This document shows, in pieces, positions 38,745 to 53,700 of a stretch of 64,000 bases of DNA (its first letter is position 1; every line of letters starts with the position of its first letter). The translations under genes and the position numbers were made by a program. Source of the DNA: Phoronis australis. Its lineage: Eukaryota; Animalia; Phoronida. Under the pieces are notes generated by a model, which was given only the letters and a program-made list of their open reading frames with translations, did not search any database and was not told the origin of the DNA. Location of the stretch: positions 278,364-342,363 of the forward strand of contig NMRA01000123.1 of assembly GCA_002633005.1 (NCBI GenBank), read 5' to 3'.

Positions 38745-41700
38745 GCAAACAAAGGTGACGAGAAGTCTTTAGCGCATGTATCCACCCACTAACCGACATC
38801 AATTCTAGAACGACCTAACCAATAATACTTACATCAATACATTATTGTACTCTAGTTATTTGCTGCAAACTTGTATTAGATTTACTTATATGCCGATGAT
38901 GTCACACATTTTACGCATTGAATTCTTTATCTGTACTTTTAATCATTATACATGAGCGGCGCAGCACTGAAATAAGTGGGGGCTATAGCCCCCCGGCCCC
39001 CTATGGTGGGCCGTCCATGTTGTACAGTTGAGTACCCTGGTCTCCATCTACACCCAACTGTTCGCCACTCAACTGTTCCATTTGTACAATTATACGTAGT
39101 CAGAAATGAGATACGGCAAATCAGCGGTGTAGATGCTACGAAATTCTGCCATAGTTTTCTGAAAAATAAAATCGTCATTGAATATGTTTTTTGTTGTAAA
39201 AATCCCATGTAAAGTTGTGGAAGCATTTTGACGCGTACCTTATTCTCGCTGGTTCCCTGCATGGTGCTAGGTGGTCGGTAGCCAGCACGCAGGTATCACT
39301 TTATTTTCCTCGAGAAATTTTTTTACACCGGCGTTTCTGATTGGCTAGTTGAATTCTCAACAGGCAGTGCTTTACGCAAATAAACTGGCATGACTGATGG
39401 ACTCGGAAGTGTAAATTTAGTCTGTTTTATAGACAAATCGGTGCTTAAATTCATGTTTAGGAAATGTAAATCAAGAAATTTTGGTTGCGCCTTTTCGGAG
39501 AGCATCTTTCTACTGTCGATGAGTTTTGTTTACTATACTGTCCTGTATTCATAAAGCATGAATAATACACCGTTAAATCGGCCAGATGGTGTTTATTGTA
39601 CATGTATGTGCTTCAAGCACGCGGCTCCTAAACATCACTGCAGAAACGAATTAGTGCTGCGCCGCCTCTCGCATGACAAGGCTAAAATCGTTCCGAACAG
39701 TCCGCCATTTTTTCACGGTGTTGTAAAGCTAACCAATGACTGCTGAGGTTACATCAATCAAAGCTAAAGCGCGTGCCACTGCGTGATACCTGCGTGCTGG
39801 CCTGGCTGGTTCCCTGTACGTGCCTAGCCTGCACGCAGGTATCACGCACTGGCACGCGTTTTAGAATTGGTTGACGTAACCTCAGCAGTCAATGCTGGGT
39901 ATGACTCCGTGAAAACATGGCGGACTGTGTACGACTGATTTTTAGTCTTGTCATCCCGCAAGTGGCGTCACAGCAACTATTTCGTTTCTGCGGTGATGTT
40001 TAAGAGCCGCGTGCTTGAAGCACATACTGTAAATTTACAATAAACACATATCTGGCCGATTTAACCGGTGTGTTATTCATACTGTATGAATACAGGGCAG
40101 TATCGTAAACAAAAGTCATCGACAGTAGAAAGGTGCACTCCGAAAAGGCGCAACCACAATTTCTAGGATTCACATTTCCTAAACATGAATTTTAAGCACG
40201 GATTTGTCTGTATAATTAGACCCTTATTTACACTTCAGTCCATCAGTCATCCCAGTTTGTTTGCGTAAAGCATTTACCTGTTGAGAATTCGACTAGCCAA
40301 ACAGAAACGCCGGTGTGAAAAAAATTCCCGAGGAAAATTAAGTGATACTTGCGTGCTGGACCACCTAGCGGCACAAAGGGAACCAGCGAGGTACCTTATT
40401 TTGTAGCGCCTTCATGTACGTGGTTCGAGCGGCGCGCTGCATAAGCCAACTTGAATACCGTGGTTACCAGGAATTTATAGTGTTGTCACTGCGATCAAAA
40501 CAGCCTCATGGACCAGTCTAGAACGTTAATTAGAGCGGGAGACTCAGGCACCCTTTCCACACAACATCTTCTGTTGCGCTAGAATGGCGTTGAATGGGCT
40601 GATTACATGTATATGAATATGAAGTGTCCGTGTTTACCAATCGGACTTCAGCTGGCGGGCGCACAGATTGATGTTAGCCGGTTCATTCGTTCTCATAGCA
40701 AACTCAGGGTAAAACGGTCACCGTGTCCAGCCAGGGCCGCGTTCCGTAAGCTGCAAGGCATTAACTTTAACTTGCGGCTCCAGAATCACTTGCGGAACCC
40801 AAACAGTAAGTTCAACCCCACATGCCAACCCGGCTCACCAACCATTACCCTGCTCACCAACCTCATGAACCCGGCTCACCAACCAACCCGGCTCACCAAC
40901 CGACCCGGCTCACCAACCAACCCGGCTCACCAACCAACCCGGCTCACCAGCCAACCCGGCTCCGACAACCAACCCGGCTCATCAACCAACCCACTTCAGG
41001 GGCCGCCATTGCTAAGATAGGCTAGAAAGCTTCGGAGCAGGCACTCGCTCTTCACTCACGTAATTTTGTGAGATCTTGTGAGATCTAATTGTTTTCAACG
41101 CAAGAGAAACTGAGTTGGTCTCAGTAGGGGAGCGCTCACCCATTTTGTGACCATCAGCATCACACACCGCTTCACGGCAGCTTAGGCGTTGACTTAGTTA
41201 TAGAAGCAGCTATTCTTGTGCACCCTACACCATACTGAGTTCGCTTCAACAGTTCATATTTCAACAAGTCTTCGTTCTCTATCTCCCCTCCGTTTTTATT
41301 TCATGTCAATAAGACGTTGTTTGGCTGAATTTTAGAACATTCCTGCTCACCAGTCGACAATTTGTATGCTGTGACGTTGTATAGTTTTGCAATGAGCAAT
41401 GAGAATGAAGGAAATTATCTTTTAAGGCTGGATGCATGGGCGGCGCACCATAGTGGGCTGGGAGGGTCAGTGGTTAACGTACGCATATGACAGTATTATG
41501 TGCATGTGTGGATGGAATATAAAATTATTAATATATAGACAACTGCGATAAGTGATGCGGATGGTGTATTTAGACTTTTGACATATATTTCGTCGTGTAA
41601 CTGCGACAACGACGAAGGACAACAATGGTGAAACCGGTTGTGTTTCACTTGATTGAAGCGTACCTTGTGCTATATATTAGTTTGCAACGTGCAGTGCTGC

Positions 41701-44700
41701 CTTCGGTGATATCAAATAATACGAAATCGGTAACTTTGTGAAGTCCAAGCCAACAGGAGCTGCTGTACGCATGCTCCATCTCATGATAAGAGTTGCCTGT
41801 AAACCACGAAAACCTTCCCCCTTAGAAAACCTAAGAGACGTGTTGCTACGAATTTCTGTAGATTGTTTCGAGGGTTGCGATCAACGCCGATTTCAATCCA
41901 AATTAATATCTATTATTTATAACAATTAAAACGCCAAAACTCAGCTATCACGCCCTAATTTTACGCGTTGACGCTTTAAACCATTCGTTTATTTTGAAAC
42001 AATAATGATACGAATGCATGAGTCTTAAATCTGTCAAAATTGCCACGAGGCAAAACGTGACGTTAGTGTCACAGTTTTTAACATTTCTATATTGTCTACG
42101 TGACAAACCACAAGGTAACCTAGCCATTATTCATGACGACAAAGCCAATCCCGCATGCACGCCATTTAATTATTGTCAGTGCAGATCGTGGAACCTCACC
42201 ATGCATCGGAAGCACGAGATCACACTAAGTCTTGACCTCATCAATGTCCTCAGAATGAATACCAGTTGCCTGGAGGGTACTTCCTAATAGGTATACGTGA
42301 CGTGCCTGGCTTTTTCACAACCAATTTGCCTGTGAAAAGATGCCTTTTTCCGACTAAGGTCCCTACAATTACGTTCATTTTGCGAGTTCGAAACAGTTTC
42401 CTTTTCTACCTACGGCGAACCGACAGTATGTTATTAATAATGTTACATTTTCGAAAACTATTGTTGAACCCACTTTAGCAACGTACTATTTCAGACATAT
42501 TAAATAGTCAATGGCAGATCTACGCTTTCAATAAGGGGGGTTAGGATTCGAGCGAATCCGAGACGCGTCGCGTCGAGTGGAAGCAAGGTTTCCCCCCTCC
42601 CGTGTAAGATTTTGTGGTTTTTAGTAGCTGATTTCGTTTTTCTGGCGAATTTTTTTTTAATTTTTATTTTCGATCCTGTCCGGGGGGGGGTTGAACCCCC
42701 TGAAACCCCCTGTAGATCCGCCTCTGCTGGTTGAAAATTCAGTTGGCCAAGATTTTTTAAATAACCCGTACAAATGGGGGTGTTTCACGAACAAAACTCT
42801 ACGAGAAGCTGACTTTTCGTCAAAGCTTCCTGCTATTGGGTCCCTGTTAATTTTTGTGTCCAGTCTCTAAACTCCTGGGCATTCTAATTTTTCAGTTGAA
42901 AATATAGGCATGTACCCCCGGGGTCCAATATGCGTAATTAACGTTGGTGGCATCATTAGCTTTCATTTGTATAGTGACAACAAACGTTTCCTTCTGAGAA
43001 TCGCAACGTCATATCGGAAGGGGGGGGGGGCAAACACTGCAGCACCAAATTTGGATAAAACTAATGGAGAATTCGGGCTAGTTAAGATAAATATTCTGAA
43101 GAAATATGGACCCAGTCCGCAGAGCGATCGCATTTGCCACCTAGCCTAAATTAAGACGCTCAACTTGGGATGTCTGTCTTTTGGGTCTAACCGTCTCAAG
43201 TAACCGTTCACGTGACTGGTGTTTTGCTAAATGTACTGCTGATAATGACAGCGCAAACGTTAGCTCTTTAATAAGGTTGTGAACCGTGTACTACGTTATA
43301 AACATACGATCGTCAGTACGCGCTTTTCGTCACGTTTTTGCCCTGTACTAATCGTATCGTCTGCTAACCCCAACGCTATCACAGTCCGAGAGCTTAACGG
43401 AGTTCGATAACCGATTGTTTTATTAAACTAACATCAGACGAACGAAATATCAGACGATAAAACGGAGCCTGTGACTGACCGCATGCGGTTAGCAATCAAA
43501 ACGTGATCAACCGCACACTTTACCAGGAAGTGTCAGGTGTTCGCTGTCAGGTCAAGTAACATCACATGCCAACAGTTAGGGCAAAGAAATAGCATAGATG
43601 GTTCTTGTCTGTGACGTTTTTAGAAAAGTGATGCGGTGATGCAGTATCTCTAAGTGTCCATATTTTCAAAAAGTCTCCCGAAACGGGTCGGGTTAGTTCT
43701 CCTACCTTAACTTCATTGCTGACTGCGCATGCATTGATGGCATTCAAAACTGGATTGTGAAAGCTAATTGTGAAAGTCATGTGAATGCTACTGAGAACAA
43801 TGCCTGAATCAGTCTGGGTCCGTATTCTATAATTCTATGTCGAACATTTCGCTCATCATTATCATTAAAATTCTCCTTAAGTTTTCCTTAACTTAAGTTT
43901 TGACTTAAGAAAAAAATTGTTTCCGTGTCCTTAACTTAAGAAAAAATGAGCTTGGCGTTTTCTAACACGATATTGATGAGTTGTAAGCAGACGGTGTATC
44001 ACTAAATTTTGAACCCATCAAAAAATGACCCCGTGGATTATGTTAAAAACTAGGGCTAGTCCGAGGTTGAAAATAACCCCAGTCAGTTTCAAACGTTGTT
44101 TTTAATTAGGTCAAAGTTTACTGTGAAGTGCCGTGGAAAATACTCTTTGTCACAGCACCACCTATACGGAAATGTAGCCAGGTTAAATGATTACGAGACA
44201 CACGGGATTCCGTGTGTCGGCATCAGTGCGCATGTCTTGGTTTGGACGTTTCTCCTACTGAACAGTTCACTGGGGTACGGCCGGCAATGGGCACGTCAAA
44301 CTTTGTCTTGTTGTATTCCTTAAACTCTGTCGAAAAATATGAACCAAACGAAATCTAGTTGTGAGTCGTTCCACGTCAAAACCGCCAAGCATTACCACAG
44401 AAATTTCGTTCTGTCTCACATTTTTGTCCCTTTAAAGTCCACCAAAAAGTAAAGAGAGGCTGCGAAAAAAAGGTGGCATGAACGCAAAATTGGTAGTTTG
44501 TAGCCCAAAAGCACCCCTTTCCTGCCAGTGCTACATGTAGATATAAGCCAAGTCTAGGTTCGGGAAACAATTTTCCTACAGGTTCCAAAAATGTTCATAG
44601 TGTCCAGAAAGTGCACCCCATTCTGTGCATTGTCACTGGCTGCTGATAATCGATTTGCCGAAGCAATGAATGATGTTTTTTCGATCCCAGAAGGCCATAC

Positions 44701-47700
44701 TTTATAAGAAATTAACCGTTCATAATAGCTTCAATCTACTGTCTGTAGGTTTTATGTTTTTTATTTTGATTTACTCTTTTTACAAAATATACTCATTACA
44801 GTCAAATTTTAAACTAAAGTATCCCTAAAATCGGTTTACCAATTAACTTATGAAAGCTTAACTATCAGTGTTTTGAGCCCATGATTGCAACAAACAAGAT
44901 TCGCAAATATGACGTACCATCTGTTTGTTTCCCACAGTGCCACGGTTAGGTAGTGGTTTTGTCAAACTTCACATTTCACATCACATAAAACTCAACGGAA
45001 ATGTTTGTCGACGCGAACATAAATAAAATAAAGCCTTCAGGCGAAAGTTTGCCTCCTGCTCGCAGTCTATTCCGTACACTTTTTCACACGAAAGATAGCA
45101 CTGTCGCATGTTGTTTAACAAGATTTCTCATTGGTCTCATTAGTTAAAGTAGTGAAACCGACGTCATAACATTCAGTTATTCCCAGTGGTTGAATATTGG
45201 GAAACCCTTTCAAATAAAAAATTACAAATTGGAATTCGTATTTGAAGTCGCTGCCGATAGATATGACCTTTTCGTAAACGTACAATTAGATTTATTATGT
45301 TTTTATTGTCACTTTTGCTTGAATTGAAGGTTGGAATTATGACGCTCTGTCGATGTCAACACCCGGAAATCCGTGTGTCGTTCGTCAAGTTTCCGCAGGG
45401 CCACTTTTCAGTGTAGCTGGCGCTGTGTCAGAGGATAGCTATTCTGTGACACTAGCCTCCCGTTCAGTAACGCTAGGACCTTGCTAAAAAGCAAGAATTC
45501 GCGAGATTACGTGAGATATTGCTGTGCATTTTAAATGAGAACACGTGACTTTGACAAAGTTTTAGTTAGGTCCTAGCGTAGGTCCTAGTGTCTACTGAAC
45601 TCACGTCAACAGGTTCGCAGACTTTTGCGCAGGAATCTTAAAATGGACCGGCCTGGCGGTTCTGTGAAGAGATGGAGGGGTATGAACAACTTTTGTAAAA
45701 AATACTCACAATAAGAAATAAAAGATGGGCACTTTAAGTTTGAGAAAGTTTTACTCTCGGGATGAAAACTGTACAAATAAAACTAAATGTAGACCTCAGG
45801 CTGGCAATTACGAAGACCTTTGAGAATATCAGTGTTTCAGGATATTTTTCTATTATGTTTGATTAATGCATTCCCTTTTTCAATCCGACTACTGCAAAGA
45901 TGGATTCATTTGACGACATATGTCGATTTAAATTTCCTGGGTCCAGCCTAGAATGGGAAATTCAATGGTATCAAGAATTAACAAGTGGCCAAAGACAACA
46001 ATGCGTGTATGTCGCCGCTGAAGCAAATCGTGGCGGTTCTGGGCGTAGTTGACATGTCAGAAAACCTATAGACAATAAGTCAAAACCTGTCTCAATGACG
46101 AAACTCTGTTTTTTAATGTGTAAAGTTGACCTATGTATCATGCATACTGAACGTGGGTTTTATTATCAACATGGAGAGCCTGATATTCTAATAATTAGAT
46201 TCCATCGCCAGCCCTTGATGACACGACCCTGACTTTTTGACACTTGAGGTCGAAAAAGTACACTGTTACGCTTATTGGAGGTATCGATTTTTTCGTTGCC
46301 TGCTGTCTGGCGCTGACCACTGAACAGTACTGTAGTGATAAAACGAGAGGTAAGTAGGCGCCCAAAGCCCACAGTCATCACCTTGAGCACTGAACGTAAC
46401 TTACGGTGCGTAAGCGCTACGTTCAAATGCCAAAAGGTGGTTGGCTGCGCCTACCTGCACCTACTCCCCACTACAGCACTGCCACTGAATCGTGCAAAGG
46501 GGCTCCAAATGTCAGTGATTTGAATGCAAAAGGCTAAATTACAGGATCCCACGCTTTCGAGTTTGGTATGCGTAGCGCGTGCGCACAACCGAGAACTCCT
46601 AACACTTTCTCGTCATTGGGTATAATTTTCTGCACTGTAACCAATTACCCATCGGGCGATGTTTACTGTATGGTTGAGAACTAGGTAGGGTAAACAAGCC
46701 GATTTTTACATGGCGCTCTAAAGCAGCACTAATTAAAACTGAAGAAGGACGAATAAACGGCAAAAACAGCGCTTGATACTGAATAATTATGTGCTTTAAG
46801 TACAAAAATACTGCGGCGTTGTTTTGACACAGAGTCGCATTAACCAACAATCCCACTTATTTCGGCCTCGCTGGTCAAGCAATGCCGTAGTAGTAAACGT
46901 TAATTGGCAGGACTAATTTGCGGTAGTAATGACAGACTAAATGCAAAGTTTACAGACTTGTTTTTTCCTTGTATCGAGGGCTACTCTAACAATGTTGGCC
47001 TAGACAGTGACCTTGGCTGACCTTGCAAATTGCAAGATTATTAGCGGCATCTTCGGCATTTTAAATGTGTTTCTAAATTGAACTTACAAAGTTGTGAGAA
47101 GAAACAGTTCGTGATAATCCTGAATATTTTGAGAATGGTACAATTGTAACCTTTTACAATCTGTCGACGTCTTCCGAAAAATATTAGTTTTAAAATATCT
47201 TGTCTATCGTCCACTTTCATCCACTTGCATAACATTCAAGACGTTCGTAAGTTGTTTTTTTTACTCTACCTAATTAAATATTCGATATGGACAACAAAAC
47301 CGACCCTCGAGTCGTGTTAACACGAGTCACCGGTTTTATGTTAGGTTCGAGTAGCGCATGCGCACTAGCGTGGTAGCCATTAGTGACGTTGCGGCGGCTA
47401 AAGCACGTAGTTTCGAACTCAAAGCCTACATTTATTAGATTTTGAGTGCAGCGGTGTATCTCTGTGACGTCTGGTTCCCGATTAGGCAAATCAAAACATC
47501 CAAGGGAGAGGTCAACCGGTGTTTTTAAAGTCAGTGCCTTTCGCCCTGTAGTGCTGCCGGACTGAAAACGGAAATCGAATAACCCTGGCGGACTTAGAGG
47601 GGAAAAAGGGGCCTTGGCCCTCTAAAACTCTCCGAGATTCCAATTGGCAGTTCGGGAATGCGAATGTCTGACAGGCAAAAATCCTGGCTAATACTCTGCC

Positions 47701-50700
47701 CTGCCCCCCCAACTAAAATCCTAGATCTACCACTGAATAATGCCTTTTACTCCCATCCTAGAACTTTAGTACCAGATTTATAGGAAAACGTGATCTCAAA
47801 AGCGGTTTCTTGTCGGAAGGCGGTTAAATCCTAAAGTGTCGTTCATTTATTCAGAAATTTGTCTTAAGGTTTCGTTTTGATGTGAAAAATGTTTTTAAAA
47901 ATCACTTAATATGCGCAATTTTCAGAATTACGGACAAACATAAATCTAAAATTACAAACCTACTGAGGCATTTGCCCTTGACCTATCTAAGATCCGGTAT
48001 CAAGATAGGCTTCCGCAGATTGAACATGTGCAACAGAGCGACGAAATCAATGCTTTCTGGTCATTGGAATACATCAGTTTTGATGAGTGCAAAAATGATG
48101 ATAGCGTTACTAGTTGGCCGTGAGGCCCGTGACTGAGGACCTAGTTTTACGGTTTTGCGGTATTAGCTTTGCCACATCAAATTCCTTTCGTACAAATTCG
48201 GATATTTTCTGATGTTAGAGGAGATCCGCAAAACCACGTAAAATCCCACTCGCGAGTGAAAGGCGAGAAATTCATTCGCAATTGTGGTCGATACCTTATT
48301 GTAGTGTAAGGTAGCAAAACGACGGCCACTCAGTGAAATGATAGTGGGTCGGGAAGTTGGAATGTTAGATTATGGGATGAATTCGATGTTTCCGTTCTAT
48401 GAGAGAAGAACTTTCGCCTCAAGCAAACGTCTGGTCTACCGGCCCTAGTAGTTGAGACGTCGAAAATACCCAAGGTGTTCAAAATAAGCAAGCCCGTTCT
48501 CACATCCGCGGCAGAGTTAATTGTTTCCTAACTAAAACCGTTCCGCCACTGACCTTGATCAGGAGAAAAATATTGTCCTCCGCTCCGGTCCATAAACCAA
48601 CATTACCGTCGGAATCCGTCCAGGTTTTGTTCCTATTTTACTGACCGCGTGGTTTAGCTTTAGAGCCCAGCGCTCGTTGAAACCCCATCTGATGATTGGC
48701 CTAAGTTTCTGAGCAATCTTCATCGATGCCGTCGTCAACGATTGTTGCGTGCCTGGGGACATCGTCAATGGCATCAGTAAGCACAGTTGCCAACATTGAA
48801 GAATGGAAAAGCGGGACATCCAGATAAGATGCAGGACAACTTACTACTGTAGGTCTGCCCTAAACGCAAGGTCGAAATGTCCGCCACAATACACGGAATC
48901 GTCCCAACGGCGTTATTTCTAAGAGATAGAACGGAATATTTCGGGTGCCGCACAAGTCTAAAATTGTCCCAACAGCATTCACAGTCCAACAGGAAAATAG
49001 AGGGTGGAAAATCACGGTAATATACGGTAACACGTCATGTTTTAAGAAGGCGGAACGATTTCAAAAAGCAGGACATTTTGACGGATGAGCTGGAAGGGGA
49101 ACACAACTTCAAAAAGCAAGACAGTCCCCACTTTTGTTACGTCAAAGCGGGACAGATGGCAAGTACATGTAGCCTGGGCTAGGCAACGTGGGTGTCAGGA
49201 CAAATTCAGACCATTTATCGTAAGCAGTTTCAATTGAAACAACATATAAGAACGCGTTGATATTGAGTTGTACGAGGAAGTACTTGTGTGTTATGGTTGT
49301 GAAGAATGTTTACGTTGAAGGGAGTATGGTTGAATGTCGCGCGGCAACGCGGGCGTTCCTAAATTAAGAAAACTTGGTTCTCAAGAAGGAAGACTGGTGG
49401 GTGGCAATATTCAATATTTTGGGAACGGCATAATTGCATTTTTGAACACCTGAAAGAAATCTTTCAAAGAATGTTATTCTTTTAAACACTGGATCTTCCA
49501 CTACATGGGAAACATGCGTGGGTTGGTTTGTTTACTTTTGAAGGGGAAAACTCACACCTTCTGTCAAATATTTTATGGCCAATAATTGCTAGATCGGCAC
49601 CATCTCATTTTTTGCTCAGATTAGATATGATTTCTGGGTTGAAGACCAGAACCATTAAGGTGGCTTTTACGGCGGGTTAGTTTACGTCTGTGCCGCCAGG
49701 GGAATGGTGCATTTCAAGGGCCCCGTGTCAAGAAGCAGACTCATGTTAAGTTCATTTTTGACTTAAGTCAGGGATTTGTATCATCTTCCAAACTTTGGAA
49801 CGGTAGGTTAGTCAAAATTAAAAACTTAACTAAAAGATCTTTTTCTTGAAACGGATTTGAGACAAATTTAATTTTTATCTTAAAATTGACCGAAATTTAA
49901 GATTTGTCTTAGCCTAGTCAATTTTGTTGGAACGGGCCCCATACCCATAACTAATTTTGATTCAAACAGTTAATCAGAAGTCGACGACGTTACGTAAGAG
50001 AGACAATTGGGCCAACGCTTGAGGGAAAAGTTGATGTTTGTAAAATACGGTTCATAATATATTAAATATTCAAAATTGTGGACGACTCGAGGCTCATGTA
50101 TCACCTACAAAAATATGAAAGACTGATCAATAACAGCGCAACGCCACCATTAACTGGCGACGACGACATCTACTTTGTAGACTCATGGGCAGCGCAGTAA
50201 AGAAATAAGTGGGCGGGGGCTATAGCCCCTCAGCCCCCTATCGGGTGCGCCGGGCCCATGTCACATGGACGCCGCAGCACTAACATAAGAGGGGGGGGGC
50301 TATAGTCCCCAGCCCCGTATGGTGCGTCTCCCATATTGTAGCCTTCTACACATGTTTAGAGTCCATGTTGTGTCGCATTTACTTCGTAAGCTGACACTAG
50401 CGATTTTGCTTGTAATATTATATGAGCAATATCCAGTCAGAGTTCTCTCCACGTTATCACATGCGAAGCCGAAAATAACTTGAGTGGCATAAACTTGGTA
50501 ACATTGGGCATCAGAAGCAAATACCAAGCGACCATTTCTGATTTTGATAACTGGATTTCGTTTCATCAGCTTCTGTTATTCGTAAATTATATCTTTGCCA
50601 AATTATTTTTGGGAGGTCTCACGATAGATGTCGATTTCCACATGTGTTGATCGTGTCTTGGTGATCCGAGTCGTCGAGTCGGCTTCGAGAACCTTGTGAC

Positions 50701-53700
50701 TGCGGTACAGGTATGCGAGAGAAGTACTAGGTTTTCACGTTAGCAGACATAGGTCCAGTCTACTGCAATTTTTCTGAGAATGAACTTCTCTTTTCAGATC
50801 ATTGAGTGAGAACGATTGCTATTCCGGTCCCCAAGACCTGTCTTTGCGCCGAGTTAAAACGCTTAAGGTAAGAATGAGGATAAATTGTTTCTCCCAGGAT
50901 TTACTTTTAGGGACAGGGTACTTCCACAAAAGGTGTACAATGTTGGGCCCCTGAGATGGGTGGTATTTATTGCCAACGTCCACAAAAGGGCTCCGTTTCC
51001 GATTGGGAGGCAAGACACTTTGTGATTTGATTCTCAGCAAATCACTTTTTGTGATCAAGAAACAGTGCGGTGAAATAATAGCGACGCCACGACGAAAGAG
51101 TGTTCTAAGGCCCACCTACAGCGCTGGGCAGCGTCGAACTTTTGTCGAAATTATGTCGAAGTTTCGACGCACGAAACCGCTTTTCGTTTATAATCAGTTT
51201 TAGTGCTGGCTAACACCCAACAAAATCGCAATTCGTGTCGCTCTACACCTCTTGCAATGCAAACGTCAGATAAGCAGTTAGCGGCTATGCGCAATAACGT
51301 CAGATTAAACTGTGACTGAATTTTGATAAAACGATATTTTATAGTACAAAAGTTTGACTTAACTACCAAATAATTTTAGCAAGAAGCTCCCAATTGTTTT
51401 GGAATTCTGTCGAAGTCTGTTCAGTTTATTTTGAAAACTCAGTATGTACACGTATCAAATATAGATCAAAGACCATCACGGTGGTATGCTTTTCTTTGAC
51501 GTCTACCCGCTCGTGAAGTTGTTGTTCGCGTGAACCATAGTAGAATTGGTCTCAACTCAGAATTGATTTTTGACAGGTTGATGAACCAACAGTTTGTAAA
51601 CGCATGAAACACAACGTTCAGTACTGAAAATAATCCTTTCGCCAATTGAGTATTGACCCTTGTTCTGAGCAGCTGAACGACAGTTGTTAGTTATTCCTAA
51701 AACCTATCTTCCTTTGAGCAAGGAACAAATTCATTGGTAGCAGGATCATAACGGTGAGTGTTTTAAATCAATCATTGAATTTTGACAAAAGGCAGGTTTA
51801 TCGCACCTGTTGGTACATGTATGTAATTCCTGAATGTGGGAAATCGATCTTCAGCAGCAGGTAAAACATTACCGTCCAAAATGTGTCAAGAAAAAAATAA
51901 CACATAAATTCCCTCGTAAAAAGTCAGGTCAATGGGAACTGCGGTATGCCTTGGCGTAAATGTATTCTCTCCGTATCTGATACAGTTTACTTTAGTCTAG
52001 TAAGCTTAATTTGGGATTATGTCGCTTATCAGTTGTTTTAACTCTTTTCAGGATAAAATGTCGCATCGCATGATCGAAAAAAGACGGCGGGACCGAATGA
52101 ACACTTGTTTGGAAGAACTTTGTCGGCTATTACCACCTTCCTATATCAAACAGGTATCTTGCACACCAGGGCCGTAGGACGCGGGGGTGTAGATGCCCCC
52201 CAATAAACCGTGAACTAGGCCAGAAACGGGAGGCAGGGGCAACCGAGAAAAGAGTGACGCTACAAAACATGAATGCGAGGGAAAATTTAAGAGAACACCA
52301 GTGCAGGATTTACTCTTCAGAGTCATTGGCTAGAATATTTTCGTTACCGAGGGCCATTTTTGTTGTAGTCTGTGTTAATGTCCTTGACTAAACATGGTCT
52401 CAGTCATTCGCATACATTTCGAAAAGAAAAGGAGAAAACCTGTTGTGCACAAATTACCAACGGCAAAATGAATAACGTTTTTAAGTCGACTAGGAAAGTA
52501 CTGTGTTTATCCAGGGACCGTTCTTGGCATGCGGATCTTACCCATCTATTGCTCTGTTTCTTCCGTTTTTTTTGATATTCTGTAGCACTTGATATAAACT
52601 GGGAACCTAACGGGATAGCCTTAATTGGTGCTCGTTTCCTGTTTTCGAAATTCTACATACTTTCATATTTAAGGAGCCCACTCCTTGGAAGGCTTTTGAA
52701 AGCGTCCATGGCCCCCCCTTTCCTGCTTTTTCGTTTACTTTATTCCTTCTTAAGGGGGCGCTCACTGAGGGCCCCTAAGGATAAGATCGATTTTCTCTCT
52801 TTTCCTGTTTCAATGTCTCTTATCATTGGTATGGTTAAGGGTATGTAGAACCCACAAAAATGTCGAAATTTGGCAAACATCTCAGAACTGTCTGATCGAT
52901 TCATACGGCATGAAACTTTCAGACACCACACATATATGTACCCTTCTCCAATCAACCGCTAATTTTAAAATTTTCCACTTTTGCATGTGGGGCTATCAAA
53001 ACTAGGACTCTCATGATTTTATGAAAAAACTGGCAAAAACGAAGTGATAATTTAGAAAAATGTAATAGGTTTTTGAGATTTCATCTTGTACTTTTATAAC
53101 AAACAAAATGTGGTCATGTTATTAAAAACCGTCTTTTTGGCATAGATGTACATTTTTTGCAGATTGGTATAAAGTTGAAAATGAAATTCACCGGGCTTTC
53201 TACTTCCAAGAAATACCTATATTTACTGAGTTAATATCAACAGTTTTTTAAATACTTTGCTAAATAACCGTCAAGTCTATAAGGTCCTACATAACATTAA
53301 ATAAGGTCACTTCTTAGGTTCACCCGATGATGGATTAGCTGCCGCCCTTCCACAGATTTTTCTTAACGACACATTTCATGTGAAGGGGTTACCTTTCAGA
53401 CGGGGTATTCTCTTGGATGGACTTCCCAGGACAATTGACCCTTTTCCTCCCCCCTATAAATCTGGCAGTGTCAACTATTCACGAGGTGTCCGGCTAATAG
53501 AAATTCAAATTGGCCACATCCGAGTGTGAAGCACAGCACTGCGAATTGCGGATTCCAAAAATGTCTTGCAACTTGAAGGGAAAGGCAAAAGTTTTTAGTG
53601 TCTGTTTGCTTAAATCACGATTCTAGGTGGTGAATCTTCCCACTAAAGCATTCAACGAGCTCGATTTAGTCTACGTGGGGTTTTTCTGTTTAATTAGGAA

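Noticed and set aside
38426-38802. Poly-I, poly-S and poly-D/G/N ORFs
   Set aside because: Translations of a trinucleotide microsatellite.
40607-41025. Pro/Thr-rich repeat ORFs
   Set aside because: Derived from the 17-bp minisatellite in cwo intron 1; no splice or homology support.
50628-50710. Candidate additional cwo coding exon ending at CAG|GTATGC
   Set aside because: All three frames contain stops; at most an alternative non-coding exon.
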